Assembly: GCA_023250195.1 (NCBI GenBank)
Contig: JAHFBF010000004.1
Location: forward strand, 5,675-69,674
Direction of reading: 5' to 3'
DNA: 64,000 nucleotides
Origin: Candidatus Melainabacteria bacterium
GTDB lineage: Bacteria > Cyanobacteriota > Vampirovibrionia > 2-02-FULL-35-15
Numbering within the stretch: the stretch's first letter is position 1; each line of letters starts with the position of its first letter. The notes under the pieces were generated by a model. The model was not told where the DNA came from. It saw only the letters and a list, made by a program, of their open reading frames with translations, and did no database searches. The translations under genes and the position numbers were made by a program. Positions 38,165 to 48,919 of this stretch are shown here, one piece after another.

Positions 38165-38709
38165 TAAATATTTTAAAAAAAACGATTTCAGGTGTTTATA
38201 ATATTGCAGTTGGTATGCTTACCGTATTAAAGCATGTAGGCAGAAGCCCAATTACTTCATCATATCCGGATGTAATTCCTGAGCTATATCCAGCATCGCG
38301 ACACAGACTTGCACTAACAGTTAATCCTGATACAGCAGAACATCTGTGCATTGCATGTAAACAATGTGAAAGAATTTGTCCTGATACATGTATAACTGTT
38401 ATTGGCGATCCAGAAAAGAAAGGTGTTATAAAAGATTTTTATCTGGACCATGGGCTTTGTATGTTTTGTGGTTTATGTGTAGAAGTCTGTCCTACAAACT
38501 GCATTATCAATACTGTTGACTTTGAGATGAGTGAGTATACAAGGGAAGATTTAATTTATGATATTGACAGGCTGACACTTACGCAGGAACAGTCCAGATT
38601 TTATTTTGATTTCAAAGAAATGCCAAAGCCAAAACCAAAGCCAGCAAAAGTACCAGCAGCAGCAAAACCTGTAGCAGCTGGAGTTCTGGAGAAAAAAGAA
38701 TCGTTATGA
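38161..38709 (+). CDS. nuoI: NADH-quinone oxidoreductase subunit I (2x[4Fe-4S]) with a Pro/Lys/Ala-rich C-terminal tail
   Basis: CIACKQCERICP and CMFCGLCVEVCP ferredoxin motifs. The ATG at 38161 overlaps the nuoH stop (ATGA). Tail PKPKPKPAKVPAAAKPVAAG. Confidence 0.85.
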   Translation: MINILKKTISGVYNIAVGMLTVLKHVGRSPITSSYPDVIPELYPASRHRLALTVNPDTAEHLCIACKQCERICPDTCITVIGDPEKKGVIKDFYLDHGLCMFCGLCVEVCPTNCIINTVDFEMSEYTREDLIYDIDRLTLTQEQSRFYFDFKEMPKPKPKPAKVPAAAKPVAAGVLEKKESL

Positions 38710-39233
38710 TTGAAGTTTTAAAAGCAATTCTTGGTGATCCGGCATTTTTTGGACTTAGTCTGTTAGCGATAATTGGTGCACTTGGTGTAATTATGGAAGC
38801 TAACATTGTAAGAGCTGGTTTTTCACTTGTAATCTGCTTTGGTGCAATTGCAGGTACTTACTTTGCTCTTAGAGCACCATTTGTCGGTGCATCACAGATC
38901 TTGATTTACGCGGTGGGAATTATGCTGGTAATTGTTTTTGCACTTATGTTAACAAGCCAGAAACAGGATCTTTCAAAAATCAAAAATGAGCTTACAAGAA
39001 ATATCTTAAATGCAGTAGTTTCTATTGGAATCTTTGTTACTTTTTCATATGCACTTACTGGAAATAAATGGTTTTCAAGTGAAATAATAAGTTGTCCAAG
39101 AAATACCGAGGTAATAGGTTTAAAGCTGCTTGGCTATTATGCTCTGCCATTTGAATTAATTTCAGTTTTATTGCTTGCAGCATTAATTGGTGCAATTGTA
39201 ATCGCAAAACGCGACAAAAAAGAAGGGACTTAA
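38706..39233 (+). CDS. nuoJ: NADH-quinone oxidoreductase subunit J
   Basis: Hydrophobic, 175 aa, with a NuoJ-like N-terminus. Its position between nuoI and nuoK supports the call. Confidence 0.75.
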   Translation: MIEVLKAILGDPAFFGLSLLAIIGALGVIMEANIVRAGFSLVICFGAIAGTYFALRAPFVGASQILIYAVGIMLVIVFALMLTSQKQDLSKIKNELTRNILNAVVSIGIFVTFSYALTGNKWFSSEIISCPRNTEVIGLKLLGYYALPFELISVLLLAALIGAIVIAKRDKKEGT

Positions 39234-39616
39234 TGAACAAGTCTATTTTAAAAGTATTTGTAATCGGTTCTTTGCTGGGGTACTTTCTTTATCTTTCAGT
39301 AAATTTAACTTCTACCTTGGAAAGATATGTTTTGCTTTCAATTGCATTATTTAGTATTGGCATTTATGGATTAATTGCTTCAAGAAATGTGATAAGGATC
39401 CTAATGTCAATTGAACTTTTATTAAATGCAGCAAACATAAATCTTGTAGGATTTTCTACTTATATCGATCCGCTTGAGATTAAAGGACAAATCTTTGCTC
39501 TTTTTGTCATGGCCATTGCAGCAGCAGAAGCAGCCATTGCACTGGCAATTATTCTGGCTATTTACAGAAACATGTCATCAGTAGATGTAGAAGACTTTGC
39601 TAGTTTGAAGTGGTAG
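39233..39616 (+). CDS. nuoK: NADH-quinone oxidoreductase subunit K
   Basis: [39 protein letters not shown] matches NuoK. The N-terminal extension of about 25 aa may reflect an alternative TTG start near 39314. Confidence 0.8.
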   Translation: MNKSILKVFVIGSLLGYFLYLSVNLTSTLERYVLLSIALFSIGIYGLIASRNVIRILMSIELLLNAANINLVGFSTYIDPLEIKGQIFALFVMAIAAAEAAIALAIILAIYRNMSSVDVEDFASLKW

Positions 39617-39617
39617 G

Positions 39618-40787
39618 TTAAGCAGTTATAGGAACTGAGCTATTAGAATTACCATTTCCATTTTTAGTTTTATCTTCTAAGAGATCCAATCTTAAGTCAT
39701 ATGAACCCTTTAACTCTTTCACATAGTCCTCTAGTTTTACATTTTCCGGTTTAAATGCTCTAGCAATAACCTTTTCTACAATAAAATTTCTACATGGATC
39801 AAGCATAGAATCAGCAGTACTTAAAATATTCTGAAGCCACGGTTTATCATGCCCTCTGTAATTTGGAGCCCTGTGATTCGGAGTATTTTCATCAAAGATA
39901 TCTTTTGTAGATCTTCTTTTATGCAGTGTTAAAAATCTTTCAAGCCCTTTCATTGGTGCTTCACCAATAGCACCTGCAATTGACTTTGGAATATATCTGC
40001 CAAGGAAAAGAGTTGAAAGGCATCCGCTGATGGCAGATGGTATATTTCCTGGAAATACCCTTTCATTTACAACATTTGCAAGAGCTTTTGCCAGTACATT
40101 TTTATTAAACTCAGCTTTATTTTCACCATTAAATTCTTTTTTATAATCTATGCAATATCTCATTGTTTGAGATGTTATATGTGCAACCTGTTCAAATAAA
40201 GTATAGCCGGTTGTTTTTAAGAAACTTATATGCCAGGGATCTTCATAATCTAAATTCATCCCTGGAATATTTTCTTCTTCTGCGCCTTTTAAAATATAAG
40301 CACCGCCAGCAAATAAAGCTGCATTAATAGCTCCAAATCTAACAAGGTTTACCTTCTTTTCCTCTAAGCCAACAACTTTCAAACCAAAATCGACTGGTTT
40401 TTTTATACAGTTATCAAAAAACATTTCTATAGGCTTAGGTTGACTACTTCCATCAGCTGCTCTTTGTGCTTCACTGTTTTTACCATGATGTGAGGATGAC
40501 CACCAATGCATAAATGCACCAAACATTTCTCCAGGAAAATTTGCAATTTGTTCTGGAATTCCCGGGGTTAAAGTTCTCATTGTTTTTACAAATAATGAAC
40601 CTACAATTGTTTTCCAGAAAACTTCAGGACCTTCAGTTAATAAACATACTTTTGCAAGATCTACCTTATTTTGAGTTTTATCTTCCAGTGCAGCAACAGC
40701 AGCCTTAGGGAATGTACTTCCCATAGAATCAACCATGGCAGTCACACCTGTCCTAAGAAGGCTTACACCAAATGAAGATGAAGTCAT
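39618..40787 (-). CDS. hypothetical soluble protein (389 aa)
   Basis: Long ORF with no recognisable motif and no signal peptide. Confidence 0.45.
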   Translation of the reverse strand: MTSSSFGVSLLRTGVTAMVDSMGSTFPKAAVAALEDKTQNKVDLAKVCLLTEGPEVFWKTIVGSLFVKTMRTLTPGIPEQIANFPGEMFGAFMHWWSSSHHGKNSEAQRAADGSSQPKPIEMFFDNCIKKPVDFGLKVVGLEEKKVNLVRFGAINAALFAGGAYILKGAEEENIPGMNLDYEDPWHISFLKTTGYTLFEQVAHITSQTMRYCIDYKKEFNGENKAEFNKNVLAKALANVVNERVFPGNIPSAISGCLSTLFLGRYIPKSIAGAIGEAPMKGLERFLTLHKRRSTKDIFDENTPNHRAPNYRGHDKPWLQNILSTADSMLDPCRNFIVEKVIARAFKPENVKLEDYVKELKGSYDLRLDLLEDKTKNGNGNSNSSVPITA

Positions 40788-40796
40788 TTTTTATTC

Positions 40797-40890
40797 AGCT
40801 CCAGACAAACTGGAACTTCCTTCTGCCAAGCCCTTTTGCAGGATCGGATTTGCCAAATGAATCGGACAAATCCTATAATTGACACTGCGA
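40797..40890. repeat. family-A MITE-like repeat
   Basis: cagctccagacaaactggaacttcc...ggatttgccaaatgaatcggacaaatcc. Confidence 0.55.
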
Positions 40891-41130
40891 AAGAATTTTT
40901 TAGTATATGATTTCCTAAAATGAAAACCTCATAATAAACACATCAACTATAATTTGTAGAATCTTATAGTTAAGTGATTATTAACCTGGCAATTTAATCT
41001 TAGCAATACGGGTATTCTCTTAATCAAGGCCAAAAAAATATTTCTTTTTATTTTGCCAATTGAGATAGGAATAATTTACTTTAAGGTTAAGAGATTGAAT
41101 TATAAAAAAATTATAAAGAATATAGAAAGT

Positions 41131-41166
41131 TAAAGTTCAAAAGTTAAAACTTTAACTTTTGAACTT
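41131..41166. terminator. perfect 17-bp-stem palindrome AAAGTTCAAAAGTTAAAacTTTAACTTTTGAACTTT (bidirectional terminator-like)
   Basis: Seen in the sequence downstream of the minus-strand SCP2 gene. Confidence 0.5.
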
Positions 41167-41177
41167 TTGAGTTTAAA

Positions 41178-41507
41178 CTAAGCTTGTCCTGGAAACATTG
41201 ACTGCAGTTTCATTGCAAGACCCATATCACCAGCTACTCTTAGCTTACCCATCATAAATGCCATCTGACTGTTTAATTTCCCTTTTTGAATAGCAAGCCA
41301 ATCCTGATCTGAAATTGAAATTGTAACTGATGGACTACTAACTACTCCAGTTTTTAGTTCACACTTTCCACTATTTATTTCCAAAGTCCACTTCCCACCA
41401 CCAGTACCTGAAATATCAAATATATAAGTAGCATTTAAATTCCCGGCAACTTCTGGCTTAAAAGATTTATACATTTCTTTCAATGAGTCTTCACAAGTCT
41501 CTGCCAT
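41178..41507 (-). CDS. SCP2 sterol-carrier-like domain protein
   Basis: FMMGKLRVAGDMGLAMKL is the typical SCP2 C-terminal motif. About 109 aa. Confidence 0.65.
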   Translation of the reverse strand: MAETCEDSLKEMYKSFKPEVAGNLNATYIFDISGTGGGKWTLEINSGKCELKTGVVSSPSVTISISDQDWLAIQKGKLNSQMAFMMGKLRVAGDMGLAMKLQSMFPGQA

Positions 41508-41837
41508 AATTTTGTTCTCTCCTCTTTTTTACTGTGTAATTTTTTTTTCTTGAATGCATTTACTCAAATTGTAAACGTACATTTAAATTATCATTACTAA
41601 GATAACAGTTTTTATTATAAATCTACACTAAATAGTTTATTTTAAATAAAAACAATCTGATCTATCATTTGTTTGCTCTTCTTATATTAATTCTTAATTA
41701 AGTAATTGATTAAAGATGATAATTAGTTTTAAATTTGAGAAACTACCTTTATAGGTTGTACGTCAAGAAATAAATATTAAACCTTAAAACTTACATTCTT
41801 TTAATTTGATAGGATTAAACATATAAATACAAAAATT

Positions 41838-42413
41838 ATGAATAAGAATTTGATGAAGATTGCTAAAATCCTGTGTTACTCAGTGTTTCTATTTATATTA
41901 ATTTCTGCCTTGCCTTTTTGCAGCACAAACAAAAATTATGCAAATGAAATTAATCCAGTAAAAACAAACACCCTTATTGATATTACCGGTGAAAAACTAA
42001 ATTACACCTTTAAAGTATCAGACAAATTAATAGGAAGCGGAGTCATGGATCTTACTCTGGAAAAAAATAAGATAAAAGGAATAGCTACCGGTCTTGGGAG
42101 AGCCTGTCAGTGCAATGTAGATTTCAATACCAATATAGAGGGGCTCATTAACAAAGGAAATATTGATGTCACTGTCTGTGGAATAGGAGATCCTGTTGGA
42201 ATACCAATCCCCGGAAAAATTACTTTTAACGGTCCCTTAAAAGGATTTATAAGCAGCAAAGGTCTTACTTTAGTTGGCAAAGTAAATATAAAGGGTAAAT
42301 TAGCAAGTCTCGGTGGATTTAAAAACAAAGAAGATATTTTAATTGAAATCCAGGGAGCATCACTAGTTAATATTTTTAGAAAACAGATACATGAAAAATT
42401 GGCATCTTTGTAA
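41838..42413 (+). CDS. secreted hypothetical protein
   Basis: Signal peptide; Gly/Lys-rich beta-type repeats. Confidence 0.45.
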   Translation: MNKNLMKIAKILCYSVFLFILISALPFCSTNKNYANEINPVKTNTLIDITGEKLNYTFKVSDKLIGSGVMDLTLEKNKIKGIATGLGRACQCNVDFNTNIEGLINKGNIDVTVCGIGDPVGIPIPGKITFNGPLKGFISSKGLTLVGKVNIKGKLASLGGFKNKEDILIEIQGASLVNIFRKQIHEKLASL

Positions 42414-42447
42414 CGCTGCATTATCTTAAATAAGCTCAAATTATCAG

Positions 42448-42475
42448 TAAGGACGCGATTAATCGCGTCCTTACG
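42448..42475. terminator. hairpin GTAAGGACGCGATTAATCGCGTCCTTAC (core CGCGATTAATCGCG shared with 62285-62308)
   Basis: Perfect 12-bp stem with no T-tract, downstream of 41838..42413. Confidence 0.45.
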
Positions 42476-42585
42476 TGAGTGTCTTTACGAACGATTAAAA
42501 TATACATTTTTAGGGTCTATAAAGCCTAAAGATAGGCACAAAAGCTCTTCATTGTTACTATTAAGTAAAAGGGAAATCAAAATTA

Positions 42586-45222
42586 ATGTTTGAGAGATTT
42601 ACAGAAAAAGCAATAAAAGTAATCATGTTGGCCCAGGAAGAAGCAAGAAGACTTGGACATAATTTTGTTGGTACAGAACAAATTTTACTTGGCTTAATTG
42701 GTGAGGGCACAGGGATTGCTGCCAAAACTTTAAAGTCAATGGGAGTAAATTTAAAGGATGCAAGAATTGAAGTAGAAAAAATTATCGGACGTGGCAGTGG
42801 TTTTGTAGCAGTTGAAATCCCATTTACTCCAAGGGCAAAAAGAGTGCTTGAACTTTCATGGGAAGAAGCCAGACAACTTGGACATAATTATATAGGAACA
42901 GAACATTTATTATTAGGATTAATAAGGGAAGGAGAAGGGGTTGCTGCAAGGGTACTGGAAAACCTTGGTGTTGATCTCACAAAAGTCAGACAACACATTA
43001 TCAGACTCCTTGGTGAAACAGGAGCTACTGGTGTACAGGCAGGTGGTACAGGCACTGGAAGATCTAAAACTCCTACACTTGATGAATTTGGAATTAATCT
43101 GACTCAGTCTGCAACTGAAGGAAGACTTGATCCTGTAGTTGGTCGTGAGAAAGAGATTGAAAGAGTAATTCAAATATTAGGAAGAAGAACAAAAAACAAT
43201 CCTGTTTTAATCGGTGAGCCAGGGGTAGGAAAAACTGCAATTGCAGAAGGACTTGCTCAAAAAATTGCAGTTGGAGATATACCGGATATTTTACAGGAAA
43301 AAAGAATTGTTCAGCTTGACATTGGGCTATTAGTAGCAGGTACAAAATACCGCGGTGAATTTGAAGAGAGATTAAAAAAAATAATGGATGAAATTCGTGG
43401 TGCAGGTAATGTAATTATTGTTATAGATGAGTTGCACACATTAATTGGTGCTGGTGCAGCTGAAGGAGCTATTGATGCTGCAAACATTTTGAAACCTGCT
43501 TTATCACGCGGTGAACTACAGTGCATTGGTGCAACAACACTGGATGAATACAGAAAACATATTGAAAGAGATGCTGCACTTGAGCGCAGATTCCAGCCGG
43601 TAATGGTAGATGCACCGTCAGTAGAGGAGTCTATTGAAATATTACGAGGCTTAAGACCAAAATATGAAGAACATCACAAGCTTTTAATTTCAGATGCGGC
43701 ACTAATCGCAGCAGCTACATTGTCTGATAGATATATTAGTGACAGATACTTGCCTGATAAAGCAATTGATCTGGTTGATGAATCAAGCTCACGTGTCAGG
43801 CTTCGTGCAAGCTCTCTCCCTCCGGAAGGAAAAGAACTGGAAAAAGAACTTCGTGCAATAAGCAGACAAAAAGAGCAGTCAATTCGTTCTCAAGAATTTG
43901 AAAAAGCAAGTCAGCTTAGAGATAAAGAAGCAGAATTAAAAGATCAGATTAAGGAGATTCAAGCAAAATGGAAAGAGACCCAGGATAAAAATAGGCCTGT
44001 GGTTACTGATGAGGAAATTGCTCACATAGTAAGTTCGTGGACTGGAATTCCAGTTGGTGATCTTACACAGGGGGAAACAGAAAAACTACAAAAACTTGAA
44101 CAGATTTTACATGAACGTGTAATTGGTCAGGATGTAGCAGTAACCGCTGTTGCACGGTCTATTAAACGTGCACGTGTAGGGCTTAAAAATCCTCAAAAAC
44201 CAATTGGTACATTTATGTTCTCAGGTCCAACTGGTGTTGGTAAAACTGAGCTTGCAAAAGCACTTGCATCTTTCTTTTTCGGTACTGAAGAAAATATTAT
44301 CAGGGTTGATATGTCAGAGTACATGGAAAAACATACTGTCAGTAAACTCATTGGTTCACCACCGGGTTATGTAGGATATGGTGAAGGTGGTCAACTTACT
44401 GAAGCAGTGCGCAGAAGACCATATAGTGTGGTTTTATTTGATGAAATTGAAAAAGCACATCCAGATGTATTTAATATCTTATTGCAAATGCTGGATGATG
44501 GTCGTTTGACTGATTCTAAAGGTCGTGTTGTAGACTTTAAAAATACAATTATTGTAATGACCAGCAATGTCGGTGCAAGAAATATAGAGTCTCTGCAGCC
44601 ACTTGGTTTTTCAACAGAAATATCCCAGGATCCAGAAGCTATATATAAACGAATTAAATCAACAGTTACAGATGAAATGAAAAAGACATTTAGACCAGAG
44701 TTTTTAAATAGGCTTGATGACATTATTATCTTTAAACACCTTACAAAAGATGAATTACATAAGATATTGGATTTGATGGCAAAAGAGCTAAGCAAACGTG
44801 TTAATGAAAAGAACATGGATTTAGAACTCTCACCGGAAGTAAAAGACAAGCTCGTGAAAGATGGATACAGCCAGGCTTATGGTGCTCGTCCGTTGAGAAG
44901 AACATTACAAAAATTAATAGAAGATGCACTTGCTGAAGAAATACTTGCAGGGAGATTTAAAGAAGGTGACAAAATTAGAGCAGTTGCAAAACCAAAAGAT
45001 CAAGTACCAGAAGGAGCAGCAATATTTAAAGATGATGCTTCAATAACAGTAGCCATGACAGGTGATAAAAACAAAAAAGATGATGGTCTTGTAATTATCT
45101 TTGAAAAATGTGGCACTATGGAAATTAAAAACAAATACGAAAAGAAAAATGATATCCCACCTAAAATAGAAATAGTTCCTAAGGAAGAGCCTCCGAAAGA
45201 AACCGCTAAAGCCGGGTCTTAG
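42586..45222 (+). CDS. clpC: ATP-dependent Clp protease ATP-binding subunit ClpC, with a C-terminal extension of about 60 aa
   Basis: Two Clp_N repeats, two AAA+ modules ([16 protein letters not shown]), a UVR-like linker, then a tail ...[31 protein letters not shown]. Confidence 0.9.
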   Translation: MFERFTEKAIKVIMLAQEEARRLGHNFVGTEQILLGLIGEGTGIAAKTLKSMGVNLKDARIEVEKIIGRGSGFVAVEIPFTPRAKRVLELSWEEARQLGHNYIGTEHLLLGLIREGEGVAARVLENLGVDLTKVRQHIIRLLGETGATGVQAGGTGTGRSKTPTLDEFGINLTQSATEGRLDPVVGREKEIERVIQILGRRTKNNPVLIGEPGVGKTAIAEGLAQKIAVGDIPDILQEKRIVQLDIGLLVAGTKYRGEFEERLKKIMDEIRGAGNVIIVIDELHTLIGAGAAEGAIDAANILKPALSRGELQCIGATTLDEYRKHIERDAALERRFQPVMVDAPSVEESIEILRGLRPKYEEHHKLLISDAALIAAATLSDRYISDRYLPDKAIDLVDESSSRVRLRASSLPPEGKELEKELRAISRQKEQSIRSQEFEKASQLRDKEAELKDQIKEIQAKWKETQDKNRPVVTDEEIAHIVSSWTGIPVGDLTQGETEKLQKLEQILHERVIGQDVAVTAVARSIKRARVGLKNPQKPIGTFMFSGPTGVGKTELAKALASFFFGTEENIIRVDMSEYMEKHTVSKLIGSPPGYVGYGEGGQLTEAVRRRPYSVVLFDEIEKAHPDVFNILLQMLDDGRLTDSKGRVVDFKNTIIVMTSNVGARNIESLQPLGFSTEISQDPEAIYKRIKSTVTDEMKKTFRPEFLNRLDDIIIFKHLTKDELHKILDLMAKELSKRVNEKNMDLELSPEVKDKLVKDGYSQAYGARPLRRTLQKLIEDALAEEILAGRFKEGDKIRAVAKPKDQVPEGAAIFKDDASITVAMTGDKNKKDDGLVIIFEKCGTMEIKNKYEKKNDIPPKIEIVPKEEPPKETAKAGS

Positions 45223-45226
45223 CCTC

Positions 45227-46069
45227 TTATAGATTATGTATTCTCACAATATCAACCCCATTTTTAATTACTAATTTAATCATCTCTTTTGATTTTTTTT
45301 CAATATCTTCTTCAGGAAACAGTGTTTTAATAAATGATTTTCTTGATGGACCTGCTAAAATCGGAAATCCAAGCAATTTAAGTTCTTTTAAATTCTCAAG
45401 TAATAATAAATCTTCTTCTGGTGTTTTCCCAAAACCAATTCCAGGATCAATGATTATGTTTTCTTTTTTAATACCGTTATCAATAGCGTATTGAGTTTGC
45501 TTTTGCAGCCAAGCATAGACTTCTTGAATAATAAGAGATGAGAGGTGAGAGATGGGAGATGGGAATTTTTTTTCCATTCTGATCCATGATCTCTGATCTC
45601 TAATCTCTGGTTTTGTAGCCGGTATTCCTTTATTATGCATAATCACAATTGGGCAATTGCTCTTTACTGCAACATTTACCATATCAGGGTCCATTGTTAA
45701 TCCTGAAACATCATTTATCATTTTTGCCCCTGCATTTAAGGCGAGCTGTGCAACGTTTGCTTTATAGGTATCAATTGAAATAAAAATATCCGGATATCTT
45801 TTTTTTAATTCATAAATTACAGGAATAACTCTTTTTAATTCTTCTTCTTCTGAAAGGAGCTCTGCTCCAGGTCTTGTAGACTCACCGCCAATATCAATAA
45901 TATCTGCACCACCATTAGTTAACTTATCAACATGTTTAACAGCATCTTCAATCTGAAAACATTTGCCACCATCTGAAAAAGAATCAGGTGTGACATTAAG
46001 AATACTCATAAGGACAGGTTTTTTAGAGTTAAGTAAGCTATTTATATTGTTTGATGTTTGAGCTTTCAC
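45227..46069 (-). CDS. folP: dihydropteroate synthase carrying an in-frame insertion of a repetitive element
   Basis: LMSILNVTPDSFSDGG, DIGGESTRPG and DPGIGFGK. The nucleotides at 45532-45610 are a GAGAT-rich imperfect palindrome encoding PEIRDQRSWIRMEKKFPSPISHLSSLI, about 18-20 aa longer than the E. coli FolP loop. Confidence 0.85.
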   Translation of the reverse strand: MKAQTSNNINSLLNSKKPVLMSILNVTPDSFSDGGKCFQIEDAVKHVDKLTNGGADIIDIGGESTRPGAELLSEEEELKRVIPVIYELKKRYPDIFISIDTYKANVAQLALNAGAKMINDVSGLTMDPDMVNVAVKSNCPIVIMHNKGIPATKPEIRDQRSWIRMEKKFPSPISHLSSLIIQEVYAWLQKQTQYAIDNGIKKENIIIDPGIGFGKTPEEDLLLLENLKELKLLGFPILAGPSRKSFIKTLFPEEDIEKKSKEMIKLVIKNGVDIVRIHNL

Positions 46070-46074
46070 AAAGC

Positions 46075-47124
46075 CTACACCGGTAAACCGTTTTCTTTTC
46101 CTAATAATTTCTTAAGTTCTTGTTTTAGTACAGGGACAACCTTAAAAAGATCGTCCACTATTCCATAATCACATTTTTTAAATATAGGAGCATTTGGATC
46201 TTTATTTATAGCTACTATAACCTTTGAACTTCCCATTCCTGCAAAGTGCTGAATAGCACCTGAAATGCCGCAGGCTATATAAAGCTTTGGTGAAACTGTT
46301 TTCCCCGTCTGTCCAACCTGCATACTGTGCGGTGCATAGCCAGAATCTACTGCGGCACGTGAAGCCCCAACTGCAGCACCACCTAAGACTTCAGCAGTTT
46401 CAAACAATATTTTGTAATTATCCCAATTTCCCATTGCACGGCCACCAGAAATAATTATGCCTGCTTCTGTAAGTGAAACCTCTTTTGACTGTGATTTCAC
46501 AACCTCTTTAATTTTCTGCTTGACTGAACTTTGATCAATGGTTACTTTTTCACTTATTATTTCAGTTGTTTTTGGTAAGATCTCTTTTGGTATCAGTGTA
46601 TTTGGTCTAAATGTTGCCAGCTTTGGTTTAAAATGATCATTAAATTTAACTTTTACAATTATTTTATTAGAGTACATTGTTCTGGAGACATTTAGTGTTG
46701 AACCATCTAAATGGACTTCTGTACAGTCCATTGCAAGTCCACCATTTGTATGAAATGAAGCAGCAGAGAAAAGATCCATTCCAATCAACGAATTAATTCC
46801 AAAGATGAAATCAGGATTTTGATCTTTTATTATTTTTATAAACAGTTTTGTGTAAATATCAGGATTATAATTTTCCAGTAAAGCATCATCTATTAAAACA
46901 GCTTTATCTACACCACATTGACCAAATTGTTCTTTTGCTTTTTCAGTATTTAAACCACTGCCAATTAATGCAGCAATTAAATTCCCTTTGGTTTGATCTG
47001 CTAAATAGCGTGCAGTTTTTAAAACCTGAATTGAAGGTTTGGTTAAATCTTTATCTTCATGTATCTCTGCTAAAACTAAAACATTTGACATAATTGTTCT
47101 CATTATATAATAAAGGAATGACAA
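46075..47124 (-). CDS. etfA: electron transfer flavoprotein subunit alpha
   Basis: C-terminal FAD-binding region [35 protein letters not shown]. Confidence 0.85.
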   Translation of the reverse strand: MSFLYYIMRTIMSNVLVLAEIHEDKDLTKPSIQVLKTARYLADQTKGNLIAALIGSGLNTEKAKEQFGQCGVDKAVLIDDALLENYNPDIYTKLFIKIIKDQNPDFIFGINSLIGMDLFSAASFHTNGGLAMDCTEVHLDGSTLNVSRTMYSNKIIVKVKFNDHFKPKLATFRPNTLIPKEILPKTTEIISEKVTIDQSSVKQKIKEVVKSQSKEVSLTEAGIIISGGRAMGNWDNYKILFETAEVLGGAAVGASRAAVDSGYAPHSMQVGQTGKTVSPKLYIACGISGAIQHFAGMGSSKVIVAINKDPNAPIFKKCDYGIVDDLFKVVPVLKQELKKLLGKENGLPV

Positions 47125-47235
47125 GTATACAAACAGGGATTATTATTACGTTTGGAGTCATAATTTTTAATTTGATTATATTTTCCTTAATCCCACTAGT
47201 CATTAAAAAATTATCTTCCAGACACCGTTAAATAA

Positions 47236-48018
47236 ATGAACATTATAGTAATCATAAGACAAACTCCAGACACTGAAACTAAAATCAAACTAGATTCAGA
47301 AGGCAAAAAAATTGATACTGCCGGAATTACCTGGATTATAAATCCTTATGATGAATTTGCAATTGAAAAAGCATTAAAAATAAAAGAAAAAACAAATGCT
47401 GGAGAAGTGATTTTATTTGCATGTGGACCATCACGAACTGAAGATGCCATACGACAGGGGCTTGCAATGGGAGCAGACAGAGCAGTTTTTATTAAAAATG
47501 ATGCTCTTGAAAATGCTGATCCGTTTATAATTTCAAAATTAATTTCCAGCGAATTAAAAAATATGCCATTTGATCTTGTCTTATCCGGTAAAAAGGTTAT
47601 AGATCTGGAGTCTACTCAAATCCCAATCTTTATAGCAGAAGAGCTTGGCTTAACACATGTAAGTTTTGTAATGAAGTTTAATGAAGTTGACTCAGTAAAA
47701 AAAACAGTTCTCTGTGACAGGGAAGCAGATGGTTCTCATGAAATAATTGAAGTTCAGTTACCTGCTTTAATTACCTGTGATCGCGGGGAAGATCACCCGC
47801 GATATGCCTCTATAACAGGTATTATGAAAGCAAAGAAAAAAGAAATTAAAGAAATTATCCCTTCAAAAGATATTATTAATCAAATTGGAGAAAGAACAGG
47901 CATTGTAGAAATGGAACTTCCTCCATCACGTAAAGAAGTAAAAATCTTTGAAGGAGAGGTTCCTGAAAAGGTAGCGGGACTTGTAAAAGCCTTACGGGAA
48001 GAGGCTAAAGTTATCTAA
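47236..48018 (+). CDS. etfB: electron transfer flavoprotein subunit beta
   Basis: MNIIVIIRQTPDTETKIKLD...NPYDEFAIEKALKIKE is EtfB-typical. Confidence 0.85.
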   Translation: MNIIVIIRQTPDTETKIKLDSEGKKIDTAGITWIINPYDEFAIEKALKIKEKTNAGEVILFACGPSRTEDAIRQGLAMGADRAVFIKNDALENADPFIISKLISSELKNMPFDLVLSGKKVIDLESTQIPIFIAEELGLTHVSFVMKFNEVDSVKKTVLCDREADGSHEIIEVQLPALITCDRGEDHPRYASITGIMKAKKKEIKEIIPSKDIINQIGERTGIVEMELPPSRKEVKIFEGEVPEKVAGLVKALREEAKVI

Positions 48019-48022
48019 ATTG

Positions 48023-48556
48023 TTAAAACATCACAAGACTAATCCCAGCAATGGTTTTAGCATCTCTGATTTCACCATCTTTAATCATTTGCCAGGCATG
48101 CTTTAAATCAAATACTTTCATTGCAATATTTTCATCAGGATCCGGTTCTGGTTCATCATCAATTAAATCAGTAGCTTTAAAGAAATATAAAACCTCTGAA
48201 CTATAACCAGGCAAAGGATAGACAATTCCCATTGGCTCTAATGTCTTTGCAATATATCCGGTTTCTTCTTTTAATTCTCTTTTTGCTGCAAGGATCGGAT
48301 TTTCATTCTTATTCAATGTTCCTGCAGGTAATTCCCAAAACACTTTTCCAATTGCATATCTGAATTGTTTAACCATAACAATTTTATTTGGCTCAGGTAA
48401 AGCAACAATGGTTACTCCACCGTTATGAAGGATAACTTCACGAACTGATTCTTTGCCACCTGGTAAACGAATTTTATCTACTGTATAAGTCAGTATTCTT
48501 CCTTCGTGTATTGTTTGTGAGCTTATTTTTTCTTCTTTAAATTCTCTAGTTGTCAT
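48023..48556 (-). CDS. NUDIX hydrolase (ADP-ribose pyrophosphatase-like)
   Basis: Nudix box ELPAGTLNKNENPILAAKRELKEETGY. Confidence 0.8.
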   Translation of the reverse strand: MTTREFKEEKISSQTIHEGRILTYTVDKIRLPGGKESVREVILHNGGVTIVALPEPNKIVMVKQFRYAIGKVFWELPAGTLNKNENPILAAKRELKEETGYIAKTLEPMGIVYPLPGYSSEVLYFFKATDLIDDEPEPDPDENIAMKVFDLKHAWQMIKDGEIRDAKTIAGISLVMF

Positions 48557-48582
48557 CTAGTTTATTTTAGCAAACAATTAAC

Positions 48583-48912
48583 GTCATTGCGAGCCGAGCA
48601 AAGTGAGGTGTGGCAATCCCAAACTATTTACATGAAAACGATCGGGATTGCTTCGTCGCTGACCGCCACGCTTCGCTCGCGGCTTCCGCTCCTCGCAAGA
48701 GGCTATCTCAAAACTACCACTATGGAAATGCAACATTTTTCAGCATAAAGTCAACAATGTCATTCCCTGGCTCGACCAGGGAATCCAGACAAGACTGGTA
48801 CCGATACTGGATTCCCGCTTTCGCGGGAATGACAAGTTACTTTCACTCTTTCTATTTTGTCAGAAAAATAGCTAATCCCATAGACAGAGTTTTGAGATGA
48901 GCTCCAATGACA
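48583..48912. repeat. compound MITE array (C unit, E unit, D unit, E unit)
   Basis: cgtcattgcgagccgagc...ctcctcgcaaga; gtcattccctggctcgaccagggaatccag...ctggattcccgctttcgcgggaatgac; ...ccaatgac. It translates to the spurious WIPAFAGMT ORF. Confidence 0.7.
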
Positions 48913-48919
48913 TAGCAAA

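Noticed and set aside
43094-44849. Several 70-150-aa minus-strand ORFs within clpC
   Set aside because: They lie antisense to an unambiguous 878-aa ClpC coding region.
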